A stretch of DNA of 64,000 bases from Eledone cirrhosa (GCA_964016885.1 OZ024741.1:74896001-74960000); one strand, 5' to 3'. Shown: positions 1 through 13,139, numbered from the stretch's first letter. Notes: a model not told the origin generated them from the sequence alone. Numbers and translations: made by a program.

Positions 1-1760
1 TCGTCGACTGTCTTGTGGTCTTTGCGGAGCCCATACAAGGGTGGTATGCCATTGTTAGACGCCTGGAAGTTGTTGGCAGTGCGTCTGCTTGGCTTTAGGA
101 TGTCAGTCCACATCATCATGTGAGCGTTGAGGATTTTTTCTCTCCCATCGTGTGTTAGTTGTGCAACTTCGCTCGTGTTGGTGATGTGGGGTTGCATTGC
201 CTCGATGTAGTTCGGCATGCTATCTATTGACATCCTACCAGACTTATCTGTGGGTAGACACACTACCTCACCATCCCTTGTGCGCTGCTTGAGGCTAACC
301 AAGCCTTCTACAGGTTTTATCCCAAGTTGTTGGGCCTCTGGTCTGCTCTGTCTCATAGTGTACCTGTCTACTACTTGTCTAATCTTATTTCTAGCTATGG
401 TGAACTGTGCCTCCGTCTCGTCATCTATTTGTTGTGGTATGCAAACTCTTTTATTAAAGGGTAACCTCGTAGGATAGATATTACCCATCTTATATGTTTT
501 GTCAGCTGGGTTGAAAAATAGTTTCTCTAAGGGGTTGTCGTTATTTCTATCGTCATAGTTGTGTGTGTTGCTATTATTGTTATCATGGTGGTTGTTGTTG
601 TTTCTATCCTTAGCATTAATATTATTATTGTTATGATTGCTAGATGTATTGTTGTTTACTTCACCGTTATTGTTGTTGTTACTGCTATTTCTACCATTGT
701 GGTTGTTACTATTATTATGTTTCTTGTTTTTGTTGATGTTGCTACATGTACTATTTCCATTATTACCACTGTGGTTATTGTTGTTGTTGTTGTTCGTATT
801 GTTACCGTTATTACTACTGTGGTCACTGTTGCTGTGTCTGTGGTTAACGTTTCTATTATTATTATTATTGTGGTTGTTGTTGTTCTGTCTATCGCTAGTA
901 TTATTACCATTATCACTATTTCTCACTTTCCTGCCATTGTTATGGTTATGGCTGTTATTTCTATACCCAGAGTTATTGTTTATATTACTACTACCGTTAT
1001 TATTGTTGTTGTTGTTGTTTACCTTTGCATTCCAACGTATTTTTGTGAAACACTTTTCCAGCTCCGTTTTGCATTCCATAGGATTAATCTTTTTGTAGAT
1101 GGCAAATTTTGGTGGTAACTTTAGGATTTGTTGTTCTTGTTCACTGATTAAAGTGTTCCCATAGATATTTACTGTGTGGTCATTGGTAAATTCTTCCGGT
1201 AGTTTTACATCACTCATACGGATGTTGTCGATGTTATCTGGGTATTTTTGAGAATATTCGATTTTCCTTTCTTGTAGTTTTTTCTTATTCATCCATTCTA
1301 ATTTCTTCTTGAAATGCCTACAGCATTCGTTTTGAGCATATTTCGTTTCGCGTCGGATGACGCTCATGAAGTCATCTCTCTCGTTTGCTGTGATGAGATT
1401 TCGGATTTCCTTACCGTTGATGCGTTTTTGTCTGTAGAGTGCGTTGACTTTTGTGTATGTTGTTCTTTTCATATTAACTGTTATTGTGTGTTTTAGCCGT
1501 TCAGCTTGTGTTTTGTTCAATAATAAATTATTTACTTGTTTTGATATGTTTGTTGTGTATGTTTTGGAGGAAACACAGTGTTTTAAGAAGCGGATTTGTT
1601 CTGTTGTTATTGTAGTTTTTATATAACAGAAAACAGTGTCTTTCAATAACCTTTCAGCTTGGCACAAGCTAATGCCATAGCGGCGATGAATTAGTTTTGC
1701 GAGGTTTTTTATATGAAATCGTGTGTCGAAACAGATATTGTTATATTTGGGGAGGGTCAT
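1..1760 (-). CDS. Partial CDS: N-terminal part of the second PLE polyprotein copy, continuing beyond the left edge
   Basis: CAT at 1758-1760 mirrors the ATG at 3027, and the sequence mirrors 3027-4786. Confidence 0.85.
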   Translation of the reverse strand, partial: MTLPKYNNICFDTRFHIKNLAKLIHRRYGISLCQAERLLKDTVFCYIKTTITTEQIRFLKHCVSSKTYTTNISKQVNNLLLNKTQAERLKHTITVNMKRTTYTKVNALYRQKRINGKEIRNLITANERDDFMSVIRRETKYAQNECCRHFKKKLEWMNKKKLQERKIEYSQKYPDNIDNIRMSDVKLPEEFTNDHTVNIYGNTLISEQEQQILKLPPKFAIYKKINPMECKTELEKCFTKIRWNAKVNNNNNNNNGSSNINNNSGYRNNSHNHNNGRKVRNSDNGNNTSDRQNNNNHNNNNNRNVNHRHSNSDHSSNNGNNTNNNNNNNHSGNNGNSTCSNINKNKKHNNSNNHNGRNSSNNNNNGEVNNNTSSNHNNNNINAKDRNNNNHHDNNNSNTHNYDDRNNDNPLEKLFFNPADKTYKMGNIYPTRLPFNKRVCIPQQIDDETEAQFTIARNKIRQVVDRYTMRQSRPEAQQLGIKPVEGLVSLKQRTRDGEVVCLPTDKSGRMSIDSMPNYIEAMQPHITNTSEVAQLTHDGREKILNAHMMMWTDILKPSRRTANNFQASNNGIPPLYGLRKDHKTVD

Positions 1761-1944
1761 ATTTGCGTAATATTGCCAGAATTAATAACAGAACACACTC
1801 ACTGTTTGGTTGGTTTTCGCTTCTCGCTGTCTTTTATATATATATATCTGCGATCTAACTTACTCGGTCCTCAATGTTGCCATTGACTGACCGGCGGTCA
1901 AAAATAATACAGATACAATATAGACAAACACATATATATATAGT

Positions 1945-1989
1945 TTACATAAATCTTTCGTTGCACATCTGCAACATCGTCAGTGGTGT
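1945..1989 (-). ncRNA. Mirror copy of the candidate hammerhead in the inverted pseudo-LTR
   Basis: Reverse complement of 6936-6980. Confidence 0.65.
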
Positions 1990-2863
1990 TATATTCATTG
2001 TTCCTCCTGTTGTGTTGTATGTCTACGCCATTTTTTTTTTTTTTGTTCAGTCTGTCTATATATTTATTTATTTATTTGCTTGTTTGTTTATCTTATTTTA
2101 TTTTGTCTTCTTTGCGCATGCGTTTGCGTGTGTGTATAGTGTTATGTGTGATGTGTGATGTGTGACTAGTGTGTATAGTGTTGTCTGCTGGGTGACTAGT
2201 GTGTGTTTATGTGCTTGTGTATGTATTTATTTATCTTATTTTATTTAATTTAATTTACTTATTTATTTATACTTCTCTTAGGTCAGTGTTGTTTGTTTGG
2301 GTGTTGTTGTTGTTCCACTCATTCTTTCTGTTTAGCTTTGGTCTTCTAATTTCTATTTCACTGGCCTCTCTGATTTGCCTATCTGCTGGATCATTCCTAT
2401 GTTTAGATATTATTCTAATTTCTATGTTGTCTATGTTACCGTCATGATGTTGTCTAGCATGTTCGTATAGTACTGACCCGTTTTTTCGTCCTTTTAGTTC
2501 CCCCCAGTGTTGGTCTATCCTTTCACCTATGCTACGAGCTGTCTCACCTATGTATGTTGTTGTCGTGTTTCTGCAAGTACCCTCTGTACATCTTATGCTA
2601 TAGACTACGTTTCTAGTTTTACAGTTTATCCGGGGGTTCACCTTACATATGATACATTTCCTATTGGTACAGTGGGTTTTCTTAAAAGGGTAGGTTTTGC
2701 TGATCAGGGATTTTATGGTGGTTCCTGGCTTTTCTACCACCTTTATTTTTAAGTGGGTCTTTCTCAGGGCCTTTCTACACTGGTTAGCTAATTTCCCTCC
2801 AGGGGTGGCGTCCACAAACATGACACTCTGATATCTCTGGTTGTCGTACCATGATGTGGCCTT

Positions 2864-2921
2864 CCCTATCTTATGTCTAGCCCTATCTTATGTCTAGCCC
2901 TATCTTATGTCTAGCCCTATC
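2864..2921. repeat. Three tandem copies of the 17-mer CCCTATCTTATGTCTAG plus a partial copy at the inversion junction
   Basis: Copies start at 2864, 2881 and 2898, with a partial at 2915. The intact element has a single unit bounded by GATAGGG repeats near 6039-6062. Confidence 0.9.
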
Positions 2922-3026
2922 GAGTAAGTTAGATCGCAGATATATATATATAAAAGACAGCGAGAAGCGAAAACCAACCAAACAGTGAGTGTGTTCTGTT
3001 ATTAATTCTGGCAATATTACGCAAAT

Positions 3027-6000
3027 ATGACCCTCCCCAAATATAACAATATCTGTTTCGACACACGATTTCATATAAAAAACCTCGCAAAACTAATTCA
3101 TCGCCGCTATGGCATTAGCTTGTGCCAAGCTGAAAGGTTATTGAAAGACACTGTTTTCTGTTATATAAAAACTACAATAACAACAGAACAAATCCGCTTC
3201 TTAAAACACTGTGTTTCCTCCAAAACATACACAACAAACATATCAAAACAAGTAAATAATTTATTATTGAACAAAACACAAGCTGAACGGCTAAAACACA
3301 CAATAACAGTTAATATGAAAAGAACAACATACACAAAAGTCAACGCACTCTACAGACAAAAACGCATCAACGGTAAGGAAATCCGAAATCTCATCACAGC
3401 AAACGAGAGAGATGACTTCATGAGCGTCATCCGACGCGAAACGAAATATGCTCAAAACGAATGCTGTAGGCATTTCAAGAAGAAATTAGAATGGATGAAT
3501 AAGAAAAAACTACAAGAAAGGAAAATCGAATATTCTCAAAAATACCCAGATAACATCGACAACATCCGTATGAGTGATGTAAAACTACCGGAAGAATTTA
3601 CCAATGACCACACAGTAAATATCTATGGGAACACTTTAATCAGTGAACAAGAACAACAAATCCTAAAGTTACCACCAAAATTTGCCATCTACAAAAAGAT
3701 TAATCCTATGGAATGCAAAACGGAGCTGGAAAAGTGTTTCACAAAAATACGTTGGAATGCAAAGGTAAACAACAACAACAACAATAATAACGGTAGTAGT
3801 AATATAAACAATAACTCTGGGTATAGAAATAACAGCCATAACCATAACAATGGCAGGAAAGTGAGAAATAGTGATAATGGTAATAATACTAGCGATAGAC
3901 AGAACAACAACAACCACAATAATAATAATAATAGAAACGTTAACCACAGACACAGCAACAGTGACCACAGTAGTAATAACGGTAACAATACGAACAACAA
4001 CAACAACAATAACCACAGTGGTAATAATGGAAATAGTACATGTAGCAACATCAACAAAAACAAGAAACATAATAATAGTAACAACCACAATGGTAGAAAT
4101 AGCAGTAACAACAACAATAACGGTGAAGTAAACAACAATACATCTAGCAATCATAACAATAATAATATTAATGCTAAGGATAGAAACAACAACAACCACC
4201 ATGATAACAATAATAGCAACACACACAACTATGACGATAGAAATAACGACAACCCCTTAGAGAAACTATTTTTCAACCCAGCTGACAAAACATATAAGAT
4301 GGGTAATATCTATCCTACGAGGTTACCCTTTAATAAAAGAGTTTGCATACCACAACAAATAGATGACGAGACGGAGGCACAGTTCACCATAGCTAGAAAT
4401 AAGATTAGACAAGTAGTAGACAGGTACACTATGAGACAGAGCAGACCAGAGGCCCAACAACTTGGGATAAAACCTGTAGAAGGCTTGGTTAGCCTCAAGC
4501 AGCGCACAAGGGATGGTGAGGTAGTGTGTCTACCCACAGATAAGTCTGGTAGGATGTCAATAGATAGCATGCCGAACTACATCGAGGCAATGCAACCCCA
4601 CATCACCAACACGAGCGAAGTTGCACAACTAACACACGATGGGAGAGAAAAAATCCTCAACGCTCACATGATGATGTGGACTGACATCCTAAAGCCAAGC
4701 AGACGCACTGCCAACAACTTCCAGGCGTCTAACAATGGCATACCACCCTTGTATGGGCTCCGCAAAGACCACAAGACAGTCGACGACCCGACAATAGGAC
4801 CACCAACAAGACCTGTATGCGGAGCTAATATAGCTAGCAACTACAGGATCTCCTACTTCCTCTCAATGGTTATACGCCCCATAATCAAGATGTCCCCAGA
4901 TGTATGTGAAAGTACAGAGGACCTCCTCAGCAGAATCAGTGAGTGCAACAAAAACAGGAGCCTATCCAACTGCATAATAGGCAGCATGGATGTGGTGTCA
5001 CTGTACCCATCCATTAACATTGATTTTGCTGTGAAAAGATGTGTGGAGATGATCATTGAGAGTGAGGTGGAGTTCTGCGACGTCGACACAGACGAACTGG
5101 GCCTCCTACTTAGACTTACCTACGACACTGACTACCTAGACAGCCATGACCTTAGATGTTTCTGCCCTAGTAGACCTATAAGAGGTAGACCCCCCACCAT
5201 AACCTCAATGGCTAAAAAGACTCCCATAGGAAGGTGGATTGGGTGGACCAAAGCTATACGGACCCCCCAAAACACTGATCAGGTAAGAAAAATGGTCGCA
5301 CATGCAATAGGGGCTAGTATCAAAACTACCCTAAAGGGCCACATATTTAAGTTCAATGAGAAAATCTACACCCAAAATGAGGGAGCAGCCATCGGCGTCA
5401 GCATAGCTGGCGATGTTGCCAACCTTTTCATGGTATGGTGGGAAAGGAGACTTAAAGATCTCCTTAATGAAAGCTCCATAGACCTCATCATGTACTCTCG
5501 TTATGTAGACGATATCAATATAGTTATAAGAACACCCCCACTAGAGAGCACTAACAAGTTTGATTTAGAACGTAGCACGATGGAAAGCATCCAGCAGATA
5601 GCTAATTCCATACACCAGAGTATAACTGTAACTATAGACTTCCCTTCCAAACACCCTAACAATAGACTACCTGTATTAGACACAGAACTCTGGATTAACA
5701 CTATAGACGAGAGAGCCCAAATTCTCCACTCACACTATGCTAAACCCATGGCCTCCAAATACCTGATACTCAAAAACTCAGCAATGTCCAGTAGTGCTAA
5801 GTTTAATATTCTGATCGCAGATTTGGTACGAGTGATGAAGAATGTGTCCAGCATGTGCGACCCAACAGAAATGGAAGGACACATCCAACACTTCATCAAC
5901 CGCATGCAGTTCTCTGGCTACAACCAAAGAGACAGAGTCAGAGTATACGAAGGAGCCATGGAAAAGTATAAGACCCTCATAGAACTGGACATGAAAGGAA

Positions 6001-6659
6001 TTTGCCCACTATACAGGAGCAAATCATGGAATAGCTTAGATAGGGCTAGACATAAGATAGGGAAGGCCACATCATGGTACGACAACCAGAGATATCAGAG
6101 TGTCATGTTTGTGGACGCCACCCCTGGAGGGAAATTAGCTAACCAGTGTAGAAAGGCCCTGAGAAAGACCCACCTAAAAATAAAGGTGGTAGAAAAGCCA
6201 GGAACCACCATAAAATCCCTGATCAGCAAAACCTACCCTTTTAAGAAAACCCACTGTACCAATAGGAAATGTATCATATGTAAGGTGAACCCCCGGATAA
6301 ACTGTAAAACTAGAAACGTAGTCTATAGCATAAGATGTACAGAGGGTACTTGCAGAAACACGACAACAACATACATAGGTGAGACAGCTCGTAGCATAGG
6401 TGAAAGGATAGACCAACACTGGGGGGAACTAAAAGGACGAAAAAACGGGTCAGTACTATACGAACATGCTAGACAACATCATGACGGTAACATAGACAAC
6501 ATAGAAATTAGAATAATATCTAAACATAGGAATGACCCAGCAGATAGGCAAATCAGAGAGGCCAGTGAAATAGAAATTAGAAGACCAAAGCTAAACAGAA
6601 AGAATGAGTGGAACAACAACAACACCCAAACAAACAACACTGACCTAAGAGAAGTATAA
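3027..6659 (+). CDS. Intact Penelope-like element polyprotein (RT plus C-terminal GIY-YIG endonuclease), 1210 aa
   Basis: Uninterrupted ORF with PLE motifs: PTDKSG, PPLYGLRKDHK, RPVC, MDVVSLYPSI (motif A), GAAIG (B'), YSRYVDD (C), LPVLD, Cys linker CTNRKCIIC..C, GIY-YIG VVYSIRC..C..YIGETARSIGERIDQH..H..H, terminal PKLNRKNEW. Confidence 0.96.
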   Translation: MTLPKYNNICFDTRFHIKNLAKLIHRRYGISLCQAERLLKDTVFCYIKTTITTEQIRFLKHCVSSKTYTTNISKQVNNLLLNKTQAERLKHTITVNMKRTTYTKVNALYRQKRINGKEIRNLITANERDDFMSVIRRETKYAQNECCRHFKKKLEWMNKKKLQERKIEYSQKYPDNIDNIRMSDVKLPEEFTNDHTVNIYGNTLISEQEQQILKLPPKFAIYKKINPMECKTELEKCFTKIRWNAKVNNNNNNNNGSSNINNNSGYRNNSHNHNNGRKVRNSDNGNNTSDRQNNNNHNNNNNRNVNHRHSNSDHSSNNGNNTNNNNNNNHSGNNGNSTCSNINKNKKHNNSNNHNGRNSSNNNNNGEVNNNTSSNHNNNNINAKDRNNNNHHDNNNSNTHNYDDRNNDNPLEKLFFNPADKTYKMGNIYPTRLPFNKRVCIPQQIDDETEAQFTIARNKIRQVVDRYTMRQSRPEAQQLGIKPVEGLVSLKQRTRDGEVVCLPTDKSGRMSIDSMPNYIEAMQPHITNTSEVAQLTHDGREKILNAHMMMWTDILKPSRRTANNFQASNNGIPPLYGLRKDHKTVDDPTIGPPTRPVCGANIASNYRISYFLSMVIRPIIKMSPDVCESTEDLLSRISECNKNRSLSNCIIGSMDVVSLYPSINIDFAVKRCVEMIIESEVEFCDVDTDELGLLLRLTYDTDYLDSHDLRCFCPSRPIRGRPPTITSMAKKTPIGRWIGWTKAIRTPQNTDQVRKMVAHAIGASIKTTLKGHIFKFNEKIYTQNEGAAIGVSIAGDVANLFMVWWERRLKDLLNESSIDLIMYSRYVDDINIVIRTPPLESTNKFDLERSTMESIQQIANSIHQSITVTIDFPSKHPNNRLPVLDTELWINTIDERAQILHSHYAKPMASKYLILKNSAMSSSAKFNILIADLVRVMKNVSSMCDPTEMEGHIQHFINRMQFSGYNQRDRVRVYEGAMEKYKTLIELDMKGICPLYRSKSWNSLDRARHKIGKATSWYDNQRYQSVMFVDATPGGKLANQCRKALRKTHLKIKVVEKPGTTIKSLISKTYPFKKTHCTNRKCIICKVNPRINCKTRNVVYSIRCTEGTCRNTTTTYIGETARSIGERIDQHWGELKGRKNGSVLYEHARQHHDGNIDNIEIRIISKHRNDPADRQIREASEIEIRRPKLNRKNEWNNNNTQTNNTDLREV

Positions 6660-6935
6660 ATAAATAAGTAAATTAAATTAAATAAAATAAGATAAATAAA
6701 TACATACACAAGCACATAAACACACACTAGTCACCCAGCAGACAACACTATACACACTAGTCACACATCACACATCACACATAACACTATACACACACGC
6801 AAACGCATGCGCAAAGAAGACAAAATAAAATAAGATAAACAAACAAGCAAATAAATAAATAAATATATAGACAGACTGAACAAAAAAAAAAAAATGGCGT
6901 AGACATACAACACAACAGGAGGAACAATGAATATA

Positions 6936-6980
6936 ACACCACTGACGATGTTGCAGATGTGCAACGAAAGATTTATGTAA
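6936..6980 (+). ncRNA. Candidate minimal type I hammerhead ribozyme in the PLE 3' UTR / pseudo-LTR (weak stem I)
   Basis: CTGACGA-T-GTTGCA(GATG)TGCAAC-GAAA-GATT-TA. It sits at the same relative position as the clean HHR of the related family at 23188. Confidence 0.65.
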
Positions 6981-7233
6981 ACTATATATATATGTGTTTG
7001 TCTATATTGTATCTGTATTATTTTTGACCGCCGGTCAGTCAATGGCAACATTGAGGACCGAGTAAGTTAGATCGCAGATATATATATATAAAAGACAGCG
7101 AGAAGCGAAAACCAACCAAACAGTGAGTGTGTTCTGTTATTAATTCTGGCAATATTACGCAAATATGACCCTCCCCAAATATAACAATATCTGTTTCGAC
7201 ACACGATTTCATATAAAAAACCTCGCAAAACTA

Positions 7234-9093
<1,860 letters not shown>

Positions 9094-9606
9094 ACCACAA
9101 GTAAGAAGTAATTATATGGTTGTATCAAATAAGTACTAACACACAGATATATGTAGATTTTTCACACACACAAACTCACACACGTGTGTGTATATGGCTA
9201 CTCTGGACACTTTGCTAAAATGCTGAGAGTCCTCGTTGATAAAGCAATATAGTTAATGGTCTGCACTTTTTGCACCATGTAGTCACTGAGAAAAGCAAGC
9301 GCAAATGCACTTATTTCATCAATCCATATTGTGGAATATATTGTCTGGAAAACGTGCAATTACACTCATTCCAATAACCTTTGGAAAGCACTCTGACCAC
9401 AGATTTACATGTTTAATACACTTAAATCTTGTCTCATTGAGTGAATAATGAGAATAACAGGGTGTAGTGAAAGCAGAAATCTATTGCTTAAACTTTTAAT
9501 CTTTACTAATAATAAATATTTGCTCTATGGGTTTATATATACTTATATATATATATATAACCCTTTTTTAGTCCTCTTTGGATTTTGGTCTTTGTATTTA
9601 TATACA

Positions 9607-11095
9607 TCATCATCAGCTTGCTACCTTGGCTCAAATAGTCAATGATAGATCTCCATGTGGGTCTGTCACACATGGCAGAAGCTAGGTCCTGAATGTGATC
9701 ACCTGCATCCTTGGCTATGACATATGGATATGAGAGCTTGGTACGACCCCTTCGTCTTGAGACTTGTGCAGGTTTCCAAAGCACCAATGAGGTCACAGCT
9801 TTATTTGAGGCCCAATGACAATGGCCTGCAAATCCCACCCTCCTTCTATGCACAAAATCATTTATGCATAACAGACCTCAATACATCTCTTAGAGAATCT
9901 TGTGTTCCCTCCAGCTTATGTTTTGAGAACATCTGAGAAATGATGTATAGGCTCTGTGCTGCTTGGCTGAGAGTGTCCAAGTCTCACTTCCATAGAGTAG
10001 TTATATTGGTTAGATTGTGACTTGGAAGAGCCTGACTTTGGAGGAGTTAGGAAGACTGAAGCGCCAAATATGGTCTAAATTGTTGCAAGCTGCCCATGCT
10101 TGGGCTTTTCTGGTCATAAAGTCCTTCTCAGAATCCATAATCCATGACCTGAGGTGCATAAAGTCTTGGACCTTTTTGATAGTACTGCCGTCTTGAGCTT
10201 TGAGGATGAATTCAGATGAAGAGTTAGAGATGTACTCTGTCTTGCCTTCATTAAGGCAGAGGCTTCTTGAAGTGAAATAAGATGATGTTGGGTATCTTCC
10301 ATGCAGTCAGCTAGAAGAGAAATATCATCAGCAAAGTCAAGATCTGTGAGATGAGTTGAGGGATGTCTGGAACTCCTTTGATGTTTAATGGTAATGCCTT
10401 TACCATTGATTGTGTCCATTGAGTGTCTTATGGCATAGTCTAAAGCAATAACAAATAAGAATGGGGCAAGTGTGTCACCTTGCAACACTCCTGTAAAGAT
10501 TTCAAAGAAGTTGATTGTGTTGTCAGGTGTGATAATAGTTACAATAGTATTCTCATAAAGGACCTTGATCATTTCCAAAATCCTGGTAGGTATGCCATAC
10601 AGTGGGAGAATTTAAAAGAGAATATCTCTGTTTATGCTGTTAAAAGCTTTTTAAAAATTGAGAAAAATGAGAGCCATTTCTCTGTTTGATTTTCTGATCC
10701 CCTCAATAATCTTTCTTAGTCCTAGAATTTGTGCAAGAGTGGACCTTCTACATCTAAAACCATTCTGATTGATGCGAAGAATTGGGTCAACCAAAGGTAC
10801 AACACAGTTTAGAATGAGCTTGTTGTACACTTTAGCAGCAACAGGTATCATTGAGATTCCACGGTAGATTTGGGGTAACGAAAGGTTACCTTTCTTTGGA
10901 ATTGGAATTATACTAGTTTTTAGCTAACTTGAGGTTGGAGAAAGATTATCGCATATTTCATTGCAGATTGATACAAGAACTGAAGCTAAGTTGGTATCCT
11001 TCCAAATCAAACTGGGTATATTATCAGGACCTAAAGATTTCTTGTTTTGAAGGGATTTGAGGACACATTTTATCTCACTCAAAGAAATAGTCACA
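9607..11095 (-). mobile_element. Degenerate 5'-truncated RTE-clade LINE
   Basis: Fragmented RT: AAKVYNKLIL, QNGFR, GVLQGDTLAPFLF, DLDFADD, terminal RGRTKLSY..DRPTWR, and a (TGA)n tail. Confidence 0.88.
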
Positions 11096-11594
11096 AATTA
11101 ATCATGTTAGATAATCTCTATGATGGTGTCATGCAGTGGGAATGAATGTGAAACCACATGGTTGCAAAACAAACCCAGAACAACACAGAAATGTTTGCAG
11201 CATATGCAATTTAAAGTAACACATTTAATGAGATTTTAGAGAAACTTCTTTTCTCAAAGATAAATTTAAATTATTTTTCCCCGATTTTTTATTTCTTGCA
11301 GAATTTACAATCTTGGAAATAATAGTTTTGACAAAGAATTAAGAATTAAAAAAGACACAGACATAAATGATAACTATATACAAAATGTCAAACTAAGAAT
11401 TATGCATTATAGAGATTATAACACCAACAATGATGTTTCCTGTACGACACAATGTAATTCTTAACAATTCTGCTGGCAACTTGTTCCAATTGATTGTTGA
11501 GAGATCTGTAGCTAAGTGCAGGAGAATTTTAAAAAAAGAACTGTGGAGAATATAATATATTTATGTCATTTGCAGTACATTTACACTTACAACG

Positions 11595-11930
11595 GCATAG
11601 TGGGAGTGCTGGTGTCAAAGTGCAATTGATGCACTCAGTAAAGTGGTAGGTTGGTAGCACAACAGAATGCACTCGGTACACTCAGTAAATTAGTAGTGCT
11701 GGTGCCATGATAAAATATACCCAGTAAACTCTCTTAAGAGTTAGTTCTGGTGCTGTAATAAAATGACACCAGAACACTCTGTAGAGCGGTTATAGTTAGG
11801 AATGGCATCCAGATGTAGAAATCATACCAAAAATGAAACGTATGAGCAAGATATGAGTCCGCAACATATCTAGTTGCAAATTGTGACAACCCAGAAAACT
11901 CATTCAAGCACAGAAAGTAGATGTAAGATA
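11595..11930 (+). repeat. Degenerate repeat related to the RTE 3' UTR / SINE tail
   Basis: Repeated GTGCTGGTG..CCAG..ACTC..GTAAAG units ending in GGCATCCAGATGTAGAAA, similar to 40160-40280. Confidence 0.55.
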
Positions 11931-13139
11931 ATAATGGTAGTCACAGGCATGTGGTGAAAGAGTTTGGTTTGGAACAACGTTGTTTTCAGATCACTCCCAT
12001 CATGTGGAATCTTGAGCAAGTGTCTCTGCTATTATAGTCCAGGGTTGGCCTTCATGAGATTTTAGTAACTCATATTGATCCCAGTATATATTCTTTCAAG
12101 AGTGATCCTTATTTTATCAAAATCTTTTTTGTCAAACCACTAATTTACAATATATAAACACACCAACACAAACACACACCTATATATATATTTGCATTTG
12201 TAGATTTTACCTATCAAATTTCACTCACAAGTTATGAGTCAACCCAAGGCTATAGTAGAAGATACTTGTGAAGTAAACTCCTTAACCACAGAGCATATAT
12301 CTACACTTAATATGAACACAAAATTAAAGCATATAATTTGGTATTTTCTATACTAACACAACAATAACAATGTTTTATCATCATCAACATCTATTTCCCA
12401 TGCTTGTATGGGTTACATAGTATATTATGAACTGAAGCTAAACTAGTCAAATGCCCTTTTTGTGGCTTGGTTTCTATGGCTGGGTAACGTTCCTATTACC
12501 AACCTCTTGACAGCATGTACTGGAAACATTTTATACTGATCTGGCACCTTACAGGGTGAACTGGGTTCTTTTTTGCTGGAATTATTGTAAAACATTAAGA
12601 GAGAGAGATGTCAAAGCAAATAAATTCATAATCTCATCATGCCGAAGTTTTATTTTCTTGGTGCAATACTTGTTTATATATATATATATAAATTGGATCT
12701 GAGAAGACAGAAAAAACAAATATTTTACCTTTCCATTGTAAATGTATTGTATCCATATGAGACTTACCTGAAAAACAAAATAGAGCAAAATGAAATAAAT
12801 AAACAGGATTTTCAGATGAAGAATTATAGATAGTTGAAAAATTAATTAACAGTTTCATTAGCACATTTCTACTGAAAGACGCTGCATATGAATTTCTAAT
12901 AATCTGAAGAGGTTTAGTAATACAACTAACATTCTCATTATAGAGTTTTTTGGGGGTTTTATTTTGTGGTTATTCTATCTTATTTTATTTTGACAATTTT
13001 TAAGAGACGTCGCTACTAGTTACAATTGAAGTCCTCTTTGAACAGTTAATTACATTTTCGGTAAACCTATACCTGTCAATATATCAGACCGATAATTGCG
13101 TCTGTACATAAACAGAATTAACACAAGGGTTAATGTCGA

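Larger units (their letters stand above)
1..2887 (-). mobile_element. Inverted PLE copy: ~1-kb upstream pseudo-LTR (EN-coding 3' end plus 3' UTR) followed by the 5' part of the ORF, leaving the window
   Basis: 1-1866 is the reverse complement of 2921-4786, and 1867-2887 is the reverse complement of about 6039-7058. Mirrored ORFs in the track have identical translations. Confidence 0.93.
2921..7235 (+). mobile_element. Full-length PLE unit (period 4138 bp) plus about 175 bp of tandem 3' extension repeating its 5' end
   Basis: CGAGTAAGTTAGATCGCAG at 2921 recurs at 7059. The ATG at 3027 recurs at 7165 ([24 protein letters not shown]) and runs directly into (TA)n. Confidence 0.93.

Noticed and set aside
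561-1118. Hydrophobic Val/Ile/Leu-rich ORFs (also 3669-4226 minus) and Thr/Ile-rich ORFs resembling membrane or mucin proteins
   Set aside because: Antisense and alternate-frame readings of the AAC/AAT tract in the PLE ORF
2924-2929. GTAAGT donor-like site at the PLE 5' boundary (PLEs can retain introns)
   Set aside because: No convincing acceptor before the ATG; cannot be supported without transcripts
3027-6659. Selenocysteine-recoding, Naiad-type PLE
   Set aside because: The ORF has no in-frame TGA and the endonuclease is C-terminal, not N-terminal
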